Shown here piece after piece: positions 53,229 to 64,000 of a stretch of 64,000 bases of DNA (the first letter of the stretch is position 1; the number at the start of each line of letters is the position of its first letter). Both the position numbers and the translations under genes were made by a program. The stretch is from positions 1 through 64,000 of the forward strand of contig NW_026920785.1 in assembly GCF_032062105.1 (NCBI RefSeq). Reading direction: 5' to 3'. This DNA comes from Saccostrea cucullata. Taxonomy: Eukaryota. The notes under the pieces are model-generated. The model searched no databases and had not been told where the DNA came from. It saw only the letters and a program-made list of their open reading frames with translations.

Positions 53229-56200
53229 CATTTTGTCCGTCGTCCGTCTGTCCGTCTGTAAACTTTTCACATTTTAGACTTCTTCTTCAAGAACCACTGG
53301 GCCAATTTTGACCAAACTTGGTACAAAGCATCCTTGGGTGAAGAGAAATTTAAATTGTTAAAATAAATGGCCAAGTCCCCTCACAAGGGGAGATAATCAA
53401 GAAAAGACAAAAATAGGGTGGGGTCATTAAAAAATCTTCTTCTCAAGAACCACTGGGCCAGAAAAGCTGAAACTTATGTGGAAGCATCCTGGTATAGTGT
53501 AGATTCTAAATTGTACAAATCATGACCCCCGGGGAAGGGCGGGGCCACAATGGGGAATCAAAGTTTTACATAGAAGTATATGGGAAAAATCTTTGAAAAT
53601 CTGCTTCTCAAGAACCACTGGGCCAAAAAAGCTGACACTTATGTGGAAGCATCCTGGTATAGTGTAGATTCTAAATTATTCAAATCATGACCCCCGGGGG
53701 AAGGGCGGGGCCACAATGGGGAATCAAAGTTTAAGAAGGAATATATAGGAAAAATATTTAAAATTGTGTCTAAATTATGATCAGTGGGGTAGGGTGGGGA
53801 TGCATTATGTATTACAAGGGGGAAATCTGGTAAAGAACAGAATGGTCAAAGTTTCTCAGGTGAGCGATGTTGCCCATGGACCTCTTGTTTAACAATATTG
53901 ACCTCTTCACATTATCATAGCTAAATTTGCAAAATAAATCAAAATTGTTAATAAATTCTACATCTTTTTTTAATATAGATCAAGATATTTACTTTATTTT
54001 ATTTTCATCATGTTACAGATCCCATGGAAATATAGGATCCTTGGCTAATCATGTGTCATCTGCAGTGTTACAAAAGAATATTGGATTTATATCAATAAGG
54101 TAATTAGGGACAAAACTGAATTTAAAAAATGGAATAAGATGTAAAAAGAAAAGTATTTTAATTCCACATTTAATAGTTAGGTTGCTAGTTGTATATTCAT
54201 TGATGTGTCACTGACAGGTACATGTAGTTTTTTATTTCCACAAAAACTTGATCCTTTGGTATTAACTCTTGAACAGTTTGTGCTGAGTCTTTGTATTTCA
54301 CAATTACAGTGGACCTTCAGATATCCGGACGCCAGATATCCGTATGCTTCAGTATCCGGACGCTTTTTCATCAGAACAGAATTTTGAAATGCTATTATCA
54401 TTTGAATATGTCTTATCTAACAGCTGATTCAGGTATCCGGACGCATCACATATCCGGACAAATTGACTGGGAACCAAAGCGTCCGGATAAATGAGGCTCC
54501 ACTGTATTTCTTTTCCTTTAACCCCATGGTCTTGGCCTTAGAGTGTGGCCTACATTTAGAAACTAAAATATTTGATCTTTATCCTTATATACCAGTTTGT
54601 TTAATTAAGACAATTCATTAATCCAAATAATTTCCTTGGGAGCAAAAGTGCCCAGATTAATGAGGCTGACTTTATATGCATTTAATTTAAAAAATGCATG
54701 ACATTATATAAAAAAGGTATCTCAAAAGTGTTTTATATTCATATAGACACAGTCATACTATGTTTGCAGTGTAAGAAAGAAGTAAAACATGTATTTTCAT
54801 TCTTATTGTATTGAAATATTTTGTTCTTTTCAGAAAAAGAACTACCAGAAGGAGACGTTAAAGAGGAACGGACATATCACACCATAAGACGTGCTTCAAA
54901 ATCTGAATATACGGAGTGAATTTTGCTTACTGCAGATCCTTGTGAAAGAACACCTTTGTTGTATTGACATAAAAACAACGGAATTGTCAGGATCCTTGAA
55001 CATGACGCAACTGGCTGCATACGATGGCAATTAAAAATGCAAACATGTTTACATTGATCTTTGTTAACCAATAAGACAAAAAGCAAAATAGCAAGTTTAT
55101 CCTATTACCGTACATGTTCTGAATGTATTCACTTTATTTTGTTAAACTACATCATGAGTTTAAAAATTGTACAGTATCACATACAGTTTATGGTGGGATT
55201 CCTCTAACTTTTATGAATCTGTTTGCAAAATATTTACTTTAAAGTTACAAATTATTACCTCTAATGCATTGTATGGTTTTTTTGGTAAATTATTAAACTA
55301 CTTTTGTATATATGTAATAGTGTTGGCAATGAGTACCCGGTTAACCGGTTAACCGTCGAACGATGCGAGTATCGGTTAGTAAAACTGCTATTCGGTTACT
55401 CGGATAAAACACATTTTTCATAGTAAATACGAATTAAATAATTTTGAAGTTATTTGTAAATGTATATATTGACACATTTCCCTAATTTAATTACCATTAG
55501 GCTTGCTCTAGAATCGATTTGTTTTGATTAGTTAATTGATGACTTTAATTGCCAGGGGGTACACGTTTTGGAGACCTGAGTTATAATTACCTCTTTTAGA
55601 CCCGTGTTAGTCAGAGGAACACACTTTAGCTAGATGCCAATATAAACATCTAAAGTATGAAAATATTGTTAAAGAACGACTGACTCGAAATCTGTCAGAT
55701 GCAATTTATGTAAATCAGAGTTGTCGTATAAGGTTGGAACTACAAATATGCTAAATCAACTAAGATTGAAAAGTAATTCGATAACCATTGACTTGCATGA
55801 AACTCAACAAAAAAAAAACAGTAATTGCATTTTGTGTTAAAGTGTATGTTAATTCTCCTCGATCACGACATATATCTTCTTCATGTGTTAATAAAATTAT
55901 TTTTTAAACAAAAACAAATTCCCCATTTCAAGTGACATTTAAAATCTTTGAAGATATTGTGTTTTTGGAGTTTGTATTTTGTAAATAAAGTAACATTTAT
56001 TATTTATTATTATCAATATGTAAAAGGATGAGATTGATAAAAAATACGGAAACTATAACAAAAAATCATCCGAGTAACCGGGTACTCGATCGGAAGATTA
56101 AGCGAGTAACTGGTTAATGAAAATCGTCCGATTTGCCAACACTAATATGTAATGATAACCAAATCACCCAATTTTTCCGCACTTTTTACCATATATTTAG

Positions 56201-59200
56201 CATTTGTTTTAACCATGCTTTAGTATATTAATATCTGACAACTGATGACCAGGCAGTCTTCATTTAACAGTGCTATTGTAATACATAACACATTTTTATC
56301 TGAATATTTTTAAAACAAGGATAACATGCCATGGATTTATTCTGCATACAAAACTTCATAATCACTGGGTTTTCTTATTCATTTTGTAAATGTATTTGGA
56401 ATAAAAAAGGAATTGTTAAAAGAAAAGTGAAATTAATCATTCTTTTGTTGTCAAAGGAAGATAATAAAACCTGTTTACTTATGCACAGAATTGGTCAAAA
56501 CATATTGTCATTGATAATTCATCCAAGAATCATATGTATAATAGATCTACAAAGTCAATTTGAAGGATATCAAGGAAAGTTCTTTTTTTTTAATATAAGT
56601 GCAAAAAGGTCAAGCAGGGCAACATGTGTCCGGGTGTACATGTATAAATTGTTTTCTGTGATATAGAATGTAATTTAGAAGAATATTACTTGGAATTTTA
56701 CTCATTTTCTTTGAAGTATTTTGATTAATTCCATCTATCAAAGTCAATTTGAACGATATAAGGAAAACTTCTTATCTTTTTTAATATAAGTGCAAAAAGG
56801 TCAACCAGGGCAACATGTGTCTAGGTGTACATGTATAAATTGTTTTTGTGATACAAAATATTATTTAGAAGAATATTACAAAGAATTTACTAATTTTCTG
56901 TGAAATATTTTGATAAATTCTTGATAATCTCTCTTAGTCACCATTTTCTTCAAAATTGCATCCTTCTAAAGGAAGGGGGTAGGGTAGGGTGTAAGATAAT
57001 AAACTTGTTCCAGGTTGAATTTAAACCCCATTATGTAGTATGATTTTTTTCTGAAATTTAAGACACTTATAGGCTAACTATAATATGCAATAAAAAAAGA
57101 AATTTGATGGGTAATTTTTTCACAGTGGAAGCAGAAGTGTGAGACTGTGTGCAATGAATAGGCAATATTTTAACCTAATTTGACCATGCATGTTGGTAAA
57201 TTTATTTCTGTTTTTTGCTTACAATGCTTGATAAATTTAAGATTGATGTCAAATATTAATCCATACACACAGATGTTTGAATTCATATAAGACAAATGAT
57301 AATTGATATAGCAATAAAAAATTTACAGCCCTTTTCATATCATATTCTTATATTATTTTACCATGCTTTTTCAGCTCTTTGGTGGTTGATGAAGGCTATA
57401 TTAAAATTGTCAAATTTCTCTAAAACTAGCCCGATGACCTGCCTTGAATTTTTGATATGATTTAGAACAAGGACTCAACACAAACATATAAAAAATTCAG
57501 AAAAATTCAATGGGCAGTTTTTTTGTTGACCAGCTATCAATCTCTACCTTAAGGACTCTCGTAGGTAAATCAGCCTATGCACAGTTTCGGGAAATCGATT
57601 ATGACGTCACGATTAAACTGTACAAATCATTTACTTTCTTTTTCATACATTCTCACCTACAGTCATTCCTCAAAAATATTGTTAACATTAAACAATGTGT
57701 AATGTATCTTATATATTTTTGAATGTAGAATTAAAGCCACCTTGACACACAGTTTCTCTAAACTTAAGACGTAGATCAAGCAATTATTGAAACTAGTAAA
57801 TATGAAAATTAAATTTAAGATTTCCGATCAATAATAGACTCAGAATGAATTTTAATGCATAACAGATATATATTGGCCGAATATTAAGAAAATGTAGTAT
57901 TAATATGTCATATGAAATGTGGCAGACACTCCATACATACATGTATAATAGTAGATTTTCTATTAAATCAAAACTCGTGTAAACAAAAGAAATATCAACA
58001 TTATATTGATTTTATCGAAATATTCTGCTGACGTAGTATTTACGTATTTATTCACATAGTATTTTTGTTTAAGGGGTTTATTAAATTTCCCAATATAAAA
58101 ATCAAAAATACAATGTAACACGAGTAAACTGATTTAAAACTTTCAAAGTATTGCATTTAAAACTCCAAGAAGATTCTTGTATTTCCTTATTTTCTGACGA
58201 AATTCGTGATATATATTTTTTATAATAAAAATATGTGTAAGGTTTTCTTATTAATCAATTATTGATATACTAAACAGGAAAATTATATCCTTGTCAATTT
58301 CCTCTTTTCACTGAATATTTTAATTACATGTAACGCCTAACTTACAATTGATTTCTGTTTGCATTTTTTTTACGTATTTTCTATATTGAATTTACGTACG
58401 CGTTGTGGGGTGTCTGGTACATAAGTTAGGGGATATAAAACATTTTTTTTTTTAAATTTTATATTTATTTATTAACATACCGACATGTCCTTTTTGTTTA
58501 TTTTTCCGAAGGCATTGGGAGAAAAAATGACGAATGTTCTGCCTCAAATCAGGCCAACGTAGCCAAATAATATATATTGCTATTACAATCGATCCAGCAG
58601 CTATTGCAGTCAAACCTCCCACCACTAGTTGAATAGTAGTACTTGAATTATCGTTGGTAGGTCTAAATTCAGTGATATTTCCTGAGTTTTTTGTCATGCT
58701 AGAAGAAAAAAATAATAAGATCAACAACACAGTCAATAAATTAAAACTCCATTTTACATTGTAACTGGAATAAATTCTCTCGCTAAAATTGCTTAGATTC
58801 ATATCTTTCCAATGCTTATAAACAGTATCACTTTGTCAAAAATAACCTCTTGTAAAACAACTACTCTGAAATTGATGTTAATAAGAAGCTAAAGTTCCTC
58901 TTTAAGAACGTGTACGTAAATGTTGAGGCTAGAACGTACATTAACTTACTCTTCTCGTTAAACACCATACAATTTATTTATTTTTTTGTAATGTATTTAT
59001 TATCATCATGTTTATATGCCGTACTTTGACCACATGATAGTATGAAACCATAATTTGAACTTTGGGAATCCTCTCCTCTTCCTATTGATATACAATATAG
59101 GGTGACCGTTGGCCTTCCTATTTATATACACTCCTTATATATGTATAGTTAAGGTGAACACTAGTCTTCCTATTCATGTACAATATTAGGTAACCTCTGA

Positions 59201-62200
59201 CCTCCTTTTTGATGTACAATGTAAGGTGACCAATGATCTCCGTATTGGTGTACAATATTAGAAGACTACTGGCCTACCTATTGATGTAAAATATAAGGTA
59301 ACCTCTGGTCCCTTTAATGATGTGCAATATAAGGCGACCTCTGATCTTCTCTTGCATATTTCATTCCTTTTAGCCTTCAATGCCTGAAGAGTTCATATAA
59401 TACTATACACTGTATTTCTAATCAAAATGAGTATTTGTGGGTTACCCGAGGTCCCAATTTAGAGTTTGAAAGGAAACAGGAGGAACCTCTCTTGCGTCAC
59501 AAGTACCGTCTTTATCTATATATTTCTTTCATCAATTTTATAATTTTTTTCAAATATCCATGCCTTAAAAGGGATTTGGTTTCCTTATCATGTCATAATT
59601 TATCAAAAAGTAGAAAACAATCCTGTATAGATGTACCTTTGATTCACTAAAGGACACTGAGGATCGTCTATGAAGCATCCTAACTGCTTGTTAATGTTGA
59701 GGCATCTCTGGACTTAAATACATAAATTAGACAGTTAAATCCATGTATAAAAATCAAACTATATTATGACAATTGAAAATAAACAATTTCTTTTTAGTAA
59801 TTCATATTATTTAATATGGATGCAAACGCAATTTCTCCTTCATCGTATATCTGAAAAATAAATCTGAAAGGGAAAGTGATTAAATAATAATAAATTTATT
59901 GCTTTTTATAGGCAAAAACATTCAATGCACACAGACATTAATGTTTTTTCTCATATTTCCGATTTGTAACACGATTAGAATTGGGAAAATAAGGCAGAAT
60001 TTGCACAGAAACTTGCACAAAATTTCACCTGCGCATGAAAAATAAATTAATATTATTTTTTGTTATTTTGTTTGAATATGAACACACCAGTAGTTTTGTT
60101 AAAAGTTTTTTTTTTTTGTGATAGTTATATCAAACCATATAATCAGAGTTTTCAAAATCAAGTCAGTCACTGTAATATCGAGTATAATTTTAAACGAGAC
60201 TGCTGATATTCTTGTTTCATCAACTTGGTTGTCAATAATTCACTGAAGGTACCGGTATTTACTTAAATCTCTTTCTTCTTTGGGATTCAACATTCCAAGA
60301 AAGACCTTTCTAACAAATTACTGCATAATATTTTACGGTTAAAGTGATCATGTAGGAGCATACCTATACACAATATTTACTCGATATTATATTGTGGGGG
60401 GGGGGGGGGGGCTTTAACATTAAATAATGTTTGTCATCTCCATACCCTTCATTGTACTTTAGAAAGATCACAATCTGATAAGATAGTGAAATATAATACT
60501 CACAGAGGAAAATGTTGTTACTTAGGTAAGGCCGATAAGGACAGCCATCATTAAAGCTTTTACAACTGTCTTCATTTACTGTTCCGGAATCCGTAAGATG
60601 TAAACAATGACCTATAAATATTTAAAGAACAGTACCCATGTGTATTTCATGTATATTTTGTTACATTTGTAATATAATTTTTATAAATATTTCTAGTGTC
60701 ATTGTATGAAGACAGGGATAATTATAAAACAAAAAGACTAAGGAATTTTACGGGTTTTTTTTTTTATCAGAGGGAAGAATCGTGTCATTTGAAATGTAGA
60801 GTGCACAATTTATATTAGACTTTTTGAAAAAAATGGAATTTGCCATTGTAAATATATGGGTGGCCGTATGATTGGGGGGGGGGGGGGGGTTATCATTTAG
60901 TGAGATCATTTCTTGTATTACCTCTAATTAAACTAAACTACACGGTACATCCAATAGGAAGAATAGAAATATACTATAGGCTGTCTGGATTGGTAAACTC
61001 CATAAAGATACTATTTAGTGTAAAAAATTCAAAATATAAAGTGTGCGCATTAATTTGTATAAATTGTTCAATGGTTATCCATAACAAATAAACCTCCCCT
61101 ATGAAAAGAATGCTCTTTAGAAAGTATCACAGACTGAATCTAAAAAAAATAAAAAGCGACGATTGTTTGTACTGGAAAAAGTACATAATACAGGAGCAAT
61201 GTGATCAGAATACATCACAAAATTAAAAAACATTGGTTCAACTAAGCAAAAAATATAAATTTGCTTTCATATGTATCACGTTCTTTAATCAACTGAGACA
61301 ATTGAAAAGAAGAAAACGTTATATATACCTCCCCCCCCCCCCCCGAAAAAAAGACATACCCTTTTCATGCAGACGAATAAAATAATCATAGCAAAATTCG
61401 AGTAGAGCAGTTTTGGCTTGGTTTGGGATACACATGTATTGGAATCTGTTGTTTTTGTCGTAAGTGCAGTTTAATTGTACACCAGCTTCATACCAGGACT
61501 GATTTGTTGTGGGACAGGAGTTAACCTCATTCACCGGGAATCGGTACTGAAATAAGAATTATGCAACTACAGAAATTTAAGTGTTTCTGCAAGTCAACTC
61601 CTAGATGGGATTTGCATTTAGATAAAGGAAAATTACAAGGAGTTCTTTGGTAACAAATTTCCATAATCTTGGGGGCAAAATCTTTAAAATAAATCAAGTT
61701 AAGAAAATGGAGGATAAGGCGGACGAAACACCTATAGTTCGACAAACATGAACTGAAAAACTATAACTCAAATATATAAAAAAAAAATGCTTTGATATTT
61801 AATTTTAGATTAACATTTATTTTTCATAATTTTAGAAATTGCAATAATGAAAACTTGATCATGTGTTGATCTAAGTACTAAATTCACAAACACAGAAAAA
61901 AGAATACGATTTCTTAATATCTGTAGCTAAAGGCAATCTGCACGCCTTGTTCAACCATCTCCTTTATGAGTTTGCCTAATAATTTTGTTTTATTATCGAA
62001 CGGATCTACATCTGGCGTTTTCAGAGTGTTACCGATCTCAACAATATGATATTCACTACACTATTACCAGGTAAAAACACATATTCATATCATATTGACG
62101 TTCACTGAGAATCTTCTGCCGTTAAACTTATAATATGATAATATTAGAAAGATTATTATTTTTCCACATTCATCTTAGAAATGCAATGTAATTTTCGATA

Positions 62201-62659
62201 TATACAAGGAATAAATTGGCTTGTTTCAAAAACATTTTTTTTTAAACTTAAATATGATATCAGATTTTAAGAAACAAAAGCACTTACTTGCTTTACAGGA
62301 TAACTCTTAACCAAGAGAAAGTAAAACATTAGGCATGAACCAGTGACCAGCACCTGCAAATACCTTATAGTTATTTCGAAACATTTTTTACTCCCATTCT
62401 TGTTATATAAATGAAAGAAAAAGTTAATATCAGCAAAATTATCTAAAGAAAAAAAGATAGATTTTTATTCCTAAATTTGATTGTTCCCTCTTTGAACAGA
62501 AAATTGTTTAACATTTTACAAGTGAAATATGTGTGAAAAATTTTGAAAGGTAAGTAAGCAAACATATAGACAATTTTACAATTTACATATTATGGTAACA
62601 TGCTGAATGCTTCAAATATTTTGCCCTACCTTGTGAAGAAGTAAAGCTGAGAAAGACAT
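28163..62659 (-). CDS. Predicted single-pass transmembrane ROCO protein: signal peptide - Cys-rich ectodomain - TM - Ig-like - Roc GTPase - COR - DZIP3-like HEPN (19 exons, 1463 codons, in-frame TGA at codon ~948)
   Basis: Exons 62659-62630, 62353-62288, 61546-61360, 60611-60504, 59712-59637, 58698-58481, 49437-49225, 49136-48885, 46666-46175, 43533-43285, 35719-35639, 35004-34738, 33266-33012, 32831-32722, 32290-31058, 30546-30507, 29453-29250, 28561-28326, 28234-28163. All GT-AG, phases chain, total 4389 nt. The first exon and the 58481-to-49437 join are the least certain parts. Confidence 0.7.
31058..35004 (-). CDS. Roc GTPase and COR domains of the ROCO gene
   Basis: P-loop GCAGAGKTT, switch I ESTTGLDV, G3 DFAGQ..YYACHQ, G4 IATHKD. 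Junction WGEKVPAT*LQFE. COR motifs MLRFYHEIGIILFF, DIQWFVDSFKHII, YYIPS and FLPHFFFYRLIV. Confidence 0.92.
33580..33850 (-). mobile_element. SINE copy
   Basis: (GATT)n tail and body homologous to 23829-24110. Confidence 0.7.
36381..36646 (-). mobile_element. SINE copy with 12-bp TSD
   Basis: TSD CCGATGAAAAGA (36369-36380, 36647-36658). B-box-like GGATTCGAACCC. Empty site visible in copy 2 near 39560-39575. Confidence 0.85.
37188..38242. mobile_element. Non-autonomous TIR element with TA TSD
   Basis: TIR GGGTGA(A/G)TTCACCATGCATCGGA and internal CACCATG(C/G)ATCGGAC repeats. Empty site GTTTTATTACATATTG in copy 2 (~40416-40431). Confidence 0.88.
39241..40672. mobile_element. Foldback-like TGT...ACA DNA element, copy 2
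   Basis: Same TIRs and internal sequence as copy 1. Perfect 6-bp TSD TAGCGA (39235-39240, 40673-40678). Confidence 0.9.
42625..43150 (-). mobile_element. Two tandem 3' remnants of the Penelope-like repeat
   Basis: GAGTGAG(T/C)ATCC...ACCGGTCACAC(T/C)CGCCGTGTG occurs twice, as the reverse complement of 36000-36110 plus 38515-38690. Confidence 0.55.
43604..44717. mobile_element. MITE with long inverted arms made of ~80-bp tandem repeats
   Basis: Termini TGCATTGTTGCA / TGCAACAATGCA with TA flanks. ACCACTATTGAAATA arrays are inverted at the two ends. Confidence 0.85.
44895..46162 (-). mobile_element. Helentron/HINE-like element with ~165-170-bp satellite units
   Basis: Termini AACAAGAGGCCCATGG...AGGTCACCTGAG and AGGTCACCTGAGTTTACTCGGGTGACCTAAA, a (GAC/GGAC)n microsatellite and tandem CCCCTGACCC..GGGCCAT units. 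Ends about 12 nt from a ROCO splice donor. Confidence 0.8.
46967..47085. repeat. Long near-perfect palindrome with GCCGAAGGC-type loop
   Basis: CCAGAATATTTGCCCC..GGTGACAGGAAAGCCCTGGAGTGTTA is mirrored by TAACACTCCAGGGCTTTCCTGTCACC..GGGGCAAATATTCTGG. Confidence 0.9.
49711..51727. mobile_element. Kolobok-like non-autonomous element A
   Basis: TTAA flanks (49707-49710, 51728-51731). Imperfect TIR GGAAAGGATTGCACGG / CCTTGCAATCGCGTCC. Confidence 0.65.
53183..53890 (+). mobile_element. Helentron/HINE-like element with ~165-bp satellite units
   Basis: 5' TTTTTAGCTAACCTGAGCCGAAGGCTCAAGTGAGC, (GTCC/GTCT)n, tandem CTTCTCAAGAACCACTGGGCCA units, 3' CTCAGGTGAGCGATGTTGCCCATGGACCTCTTGTT. Confidence 0.85.
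54307..54504. mobile_element. Tc1/mariner-type MITE
   Basis: CAGTGGA...ATCCGGAC / GTCCGGAT...TCCACTG TIRs with TA TSD. Confidence 0.85.
55318..56144. mobile_element. hAT-type MITE
   Basis: TIR TAGTGTTGGCAA / TTGCCAACACTA, perfect 8-bp TSD ATATGTAA (55310-55317, 56145-56152), subterminal ACCGG/TAACC motifs. Confidence 0.92.
56548..56915. repeat. Tandem duplication, 2 x ~190 bp
   Basis: CAAAGTCAATTTGAA...GTGCAAAAAGGTCAA.CAGGGCAACATGTGTC...GAAGAATATTAC occurs twice. Confidence 0.85.
58481..62353 (-). CDS. Signal peptide, 10-Cys extracellular domain and transmembrane helix (N-terminal exons)
   Basis: VLVTGSCLMFYFLLVKS|YP, then YRFPVNEVNSCP...W...LNC...YMCIPN...LLEFCY...KGHCL...C..F..GCP...Y...RCLNI...GCF....C, a Ser/Thr/Asn stalk, and TM LVVGGLTAIAAGSIVIAIYIIWL followed by basic residues. 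Exon phases chain 0-0-1-1-2-1. Confidence 0.85.
59075..59350. repeat. Degenerate ~39-bp minisatellite
   Basis: About 7 units of CCTATTGATGTACAATATAAGGTGACC-like sequence. Confidence 0.75.
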
Positions 62660-64000
62660 AACTGGTTACATTTTTCTTGGATTATCCCAGATCTAAATGC
62701 GATCAAAAATAACTGTGATTTATTTTAGGTAGGATCCAAATAATAACTCAATTGTGAACTGTTTGATGATCTTTTTTCAAGGCGGCAGTATATTTCGTGT
62801 TCAGTTTCAGAATGAAATTTTTAGTTAACCTGCACCAAAAAAAAAAATCTAAATCGAAAAATATCTCACAAGCGCGGGAATTGAATTCATAGTCACCACT
62901 ACTGACAGAATATATATATAAAATACACGGTATCTGTCTTGAAATATAAGCGATAGGGTAAGAAAACATGATAGAGGGCGAGGCTTGCCGAGCCCTTTTA
63001 CGTGTTCGACCCAAGCCCAAGTATCGCTTATGTTTTAATACAGTTACAGTGTATCGTGTTTTTGTTTATCTTTAACATATTAAAAAATTCTTACATTTGA
63101 ACGTCCAAAACTAGCTATTTTTGACAGATTTAGACACGTATCTGCGGTTGAAAAGTTCTATATAATGACGCCATAGCATAAACATTGCAATATATGTGAC
63201 GTCACAATGCTTTTAGAACCTCGGAATACATGCACGAGACTTTATTAGGGCAGTGATCGGATAAAGGTAAGTTTATTAGGTTACCTTTATTAGGTCAATG
63301 CAAGAAGTAGTTGCAGGATAAAAAAAAGTTATACTGAAGGCCTATAGAAGGAAGGAATACTTCTGTTACACTGATAATTTGGGATTCACAAGTACATCGG
63401 TCTTGGTTTATAAATACGTATGTATCCTATGCATATGTAAAAAATGTACTTTTTTAACACATCGAAAGGGTTAACATATATGAACTTGAAAATAATCAAA
63501 GAACTAAATACTTGTGTTAAACTATCTTTTAACACCATATGAATAGGCCAGGTATTTGAATCAAAAGACAGTATTTACCAAAAAATGAAATGGATTGTTT
63601 AAAGAAGAAAATGATACAGCTTTAATTATGTTTGGAAATACCTTACTTGCTACTGAAATCATGACATGGATCTATTATTAGCGTGAAAATAGGTTTTCCT
63701 TACGTAGGTGTAGGATCAATATATTAGAAAGTTCCAAATGAAATTAAAGGACAATAATAACCGAGTTTTTAAACATGAAGAAGTAGTGCTCTGTGAATCA
63801 GTAGGGAGAAAAATGTCAGTTCTAAAGCTCCAACTGCTGTATATACATATTAAATTTTTTTTTTCATATTGTTTAACGGTACTTGAACACAGATTTAAAG
63901 TTATTCTTTCCTCTATAATATTAAGAGTTAGGTATTTTAATAGCATTTTACACAAAAATTAAATAAAAATCTTATTTCATATAAAAGATATTAAAATTTC

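Larger units (their letters stand above)
51732..57548. mobile_element. Kolobok-like element B (5.8 kb) with degraded plus-strand spliced coding remnants
   Basis: TIR GGTAGAGA(CC/TT)GATAGC, TTAA flanks (51728-51731, 57549-57552). Stop-riddled exon-like blocks at ~51856-52191, 54020-54099 and 54834-55035. Confidence 0.75.

Noticed and set aside
51706-55086. Plus-strand exon-like blocks and ORFs as a nested host gene
   Set aside because: They lie within Kolobok-like TIRs, contain multiple stops and show no recognisable motif, so they are treated as decayed transposon cargo.
63642-63662. Alternative first coding exon MISVASK for the receptor gene
   Set aside because: Phase-compatible, but MSFSALLLHK (62659-62630) is closer and equally good. 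The stronger donor here implies a 5' UTR exon. Unresolved without cDNA.

Overview
AT-rich, intron- and transposon-dense animal DNA. The repeat content (Helentron-type elements with internal satellite, SINE, Kolobok) and gene families point to a bivalve, most likely an oyster (inference). Manual splicing reveals genes that the ORF track shows only in fragments or misses. (1) A ~34.5 kb minus-strand gene (62659-28163, 19 phase-compatible GT-AG exons, 1463 codons) predicts a single-pass receptor: signal peptide, 10-Cys ectodomain, TM helix, Cys-less Ig-like domain, duplicated unknown domain, Roc GTPase, COR and a C-terminal DZIP3-type HEPN domain with an intact RxxxxH motif. In this assembly the conserved Roc/COR-junction Trp codon is TGA. 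(2) A complete 9-exon plus-strand RNase T2 gene (23531-25815), convergent with gene 1 and absent from the ORF track, has an altered CAS II motif (QQ for HE) and a GPI-like hydrophobic C-terminal tail. (3) A C-type lectin with two broken splice donors. (4) A 148-aa orphan ORF. The rest is a decayed CR1/L2-group LINE and many non-autonomous DNA transposons, several nested, with identifiable TIRs and TSDs. All gene models were built by eye and need transcript confirmation, especially the 9-kb join between the TM exon and the intracellular exons.
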